The notes beneath the pieces were generated by a model. It made no database searches. It saw nothing but the letters and a program-made list of their open reading frames with translations, and was not told the DNA's origin. The position numbers and the translations under genes were made by a program. A DNA stretch of 64,000 bases, from the NCBI RefSeq assembly GCF_016433145.1, contig NC_058134.1:258878887-258942886 (forward strand). Direction: 5' to 3'. This document shows positions 61,265-64,000 of this stretch, piece after piece. Position 1 is the first letter of the stretch. Every line of letters starts with the position of its first letter. The stretch is from Gracilinanus agilis (Eukaryota).

Positions 61265-63149
61265 TTTCTGGCAGAATCCTTCTGTGTGCCACAAAATTCT
61301 GAACTGGAGGGAGATTAGGATTAACATTTTAGAACAATATCTATATAGCACTGGATCCACCAAGTAAAGGTACAAAATTCCTCTGGAGTTCCAAGGGTTC
61401 TCTCCTCTGGGTCTTATTGCCTGCCTGAGTGCAACACCCAGCCTGAATTCCTGGAATCCCAAATTCCTGGAGCCTGAGCTCCTGGGCCAAAAGGGAGATT
61501 GCATTCCCTTTACTTGGAATAGAAAAGAACAAACAAAAAGGCCAAAGGCCCAAGTCCATTTCTCTGGGACCTGCAGCCTGAGGGTTAGCGTCCTAGTGCC
61601 CTTCTACTACCTTATCATCTTGTGTTATTGAAGGTGATGGGAATGGCACAAAGTCACCATTTGTCTGAGTCGGGCTGTTTTAAAGACGCTGACAGTTCTG
61701 GCTATGTAGCTGGTGGAAAAAAGGCTCCCAATCATAGCACAGGCCAATGAAGATTGCCTAGGCATAGTCCAGTGTCCTCCATGTTGGATGGCACCATGTT
61801 ATAAGCTGGCAGTGTGGCATATGCCTCATGCCCCATCCCCCTTATATGAGAAGCATTTTGTAAGCCTAACAGTATGGCATCATCATTAGCACTCCCTCTT
61901 CACCTAGGACTTAGAATCCCTCTTTTCTTTCAAAGCTCAGATCAAATCCTACCTCCTGTATGAAGCCTTAGCTGGCCTCCCCCCAATACCCCTGCCAACT
62001 GCTAGTGTTTTGCCCCAAGAATTACCTTGTGTTTCCTTTGTATAATATATAGCAAAAATAAGAACTGCTGCTGGGCCCAGGATGGACTATACCATTTACT
62101 TTCTCTCCATAAAGGGATCGTTCATTTTGGACCCTCGCAAGGATAAAGGGCTTAATCCAGGGAGCCTGGCCCCTTTAGACAGTCAGGCTGATTTTTTTCT
62201 CCAACTCTTTGGTTCTTCATGTCCCTGCCCCATGTAAATCTTGGCTTGAACTCATGTCATACAAAAGAAATTAGTAAAGCACATTTATAAATTCAGAAGA
62301 ACACATTGACAGTGATTACAAAGATTCAAAAATGAAACAGTAAATTATAATTCCTATTCGAGTCCCTGGGGAAGTAGATACTTAAAAACATCAAAGCATG
62401 ATGTTTTGTGAGGCTTCCGAATTGACTTTTGAATTCACTTTCAGCTTGGTGCTACCCAGTTCAAACCATTTATTTAGGTCTTGTGTCTTCTGGCAAACTA
62501 AGTCACGGCTTGGGTTTCTCTTCCTGTCAGCAGTCATTTTCTCCCATGAGTGTAGTTGCAGAACACTCCCCTCAGTAACAATTAACACCAACTGAGGGAC
62601 TCACGAGCTCCTCCCCTCTCAAACCCACCAGGCTGCCATTAAAACTAGAAATATCCATCTGGGGATTTACATTTGGTCAACTGGACTTAGACAAAGAGAC
62701 TCCAAGCGGAGGTGGAAGCCAGGACCTTGTGGATCCCAACCTAGATTTTCTGGATGAGCACGTGATTTTACTGCCATGTTTGAGAAAATATCCTTTCTGA
62801 CAGAATAGAGGAGGGATATCCCTCCTCCATATTTCTCCACTCCTCTTTGGAAGTCCTAGAAAAAATCCTAATTAAGCAGAGTGTGGAAGAAGAAAGCAGG
62901 AGCTGTCTCTCACCTTAAACCGATGAAGTACTCCTGCACCCCCATCTCTACCACCACCATTAAGAAGCATGAGGTAGGAAGAGAAACCAAGGGATCACCC
63001 ACTGTTTGTTCCATCATCCCCAAATTCCAAACCCTTCAGCAGTGATCCAGACTACATGAGACCTTCCTGGATATTTTCTTGACACTTGATTCTCCTCTCA
63101 CCCATCTCTCTATTCCTTTGCAATTGCTTTTGTTGGTTTATCATCCTCA

Positions 63150-64000
63150 TCGAGCCCCCTATGTCAAAGGGTCTCTTGGGTCTTCTTCTTTTGTCGCATT
63201 ATATTCTTTTTCTTGCTGACCTCATCTACAAGCATGGGTTCAATTATCATCTCTATACTGATGACTCACAGATCTGTATATCCTGCCCGAGTCTCTTTCG
63301 AGCTCCAACACAGCCTTGCCAACTGCTTATTGGAAATTTCCGATCCTACGTTCCAAATTCAAAGCATACAAAATTCATTATCTTTCCCATAAAACTCATC
63401 CTTTATTTAAATTTCCCTGTTTCTGTCAAGGGTGCCACCATCCTTCTCTAGACCCAGATTCACAACCTGTAAATCATCCTTGGATTGTTCTGTCTTTCAA
63501 CTTGCCTATCCAACCAGTTGTCAAGTCTTACCAGCGCTAGCTTCACATCTCTTACATCTCCCCTCCTTATCTTACTCAGTTATCGCTGTAGTTCTGGCCT
63601 TCATCTCATCGAGAGCCCAGACAGTGGTAATAGCCTTCTAATCGGTCTCCCAGCATCAGTTCTCTCCCTACTCCAGTCTGTCCTTCACCCAGCCACAAAG
63701 GCAATTTTTCTAAAGTGTAGATCTGGCCATTCATTCCACTAGTCAATAAAATCCTTTGCTTCTCTGTGTGATTTGGGGCCATCACTTAACCTCTTTGGTC
63801 TTAGTTTTATCATCTATATAATGGGAGGACTGGACTAGGTGGCCTCCAAAGTCCCTTCCAGATTTAAATCTACGATGCTATTACCTGAAAGATCGAATAT
63901 AAACTCCTTTGCATTTACATCTTTTTATAACCTGGCCTTAAGCTACCTTTCCAGCTTTATCATGATTCATCTTCACGTACACTATAGTTCCATCAAACCA
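63150..64000 (+). mobile_element. L2 RT and 3' region interrupted by a MIR (~63760-63870)
   Basis: ORF 63086 contains LADLIYKHGFNYHLYTDDSQI (L2 YADD region). Confidence 0.85.

Noticed and set aside
1-64000. Prokaryotic-type systems (CRISPR arrays, operons, rRNA or tRNA genes)
   Set aside because: The sequence is mammalian intron-exon DNA with no repeat-spacer arrays. The tRNA-like A/B boxes all belong to SINE heads.

Overview
This is eukaryotic, AT-rich mammalian genomic DNA, almost certainly marsupial. The SINE, LINE and hAT content points to a didelphid opossum such as Monodelphis (inferred from repeat content). The window holds the last 13 coding exons of OSBPL8/ORP8 on the + strand (457-42445; 1503 nt = 500 aa + stop, covering the ORD lipid-transfer domain to the C-terminal TM anchor) and a ~4.2 kb 3'UTR. 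It then holds the complete two-exon BBS10 gene (ATG 49391, stop 53597, 721 aa) under a CpG-island promoter. The rest is intronic or intergenic and filled with L2, CR1/L3, MIR, L1, CORE-SINEs, hAT MITEs, a solo ERV LTR, microsatellites and one 132-N gap. Almost all other ORFs in the track are noise or decayed LINE remnants. I found no evidence of a wholly new gene system. The best second-look items are: a perfect 25-bp-stem hairpin (61114-61166); an intronic GC/CpG-rich patch that looks like GC-shifted old repeats; an in-frame OSBPL8-to-BBS10 read-through splice option; a TSD-bounded dimeric SINE with an RTE-like pseudoknot linker; a ~315-bp recent dispersed duplication; a sense solo LTR in the last intron; and CTCF motifs, one carried by a MITE. 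Homology calls come from my recall of known sequences, not from database searches.
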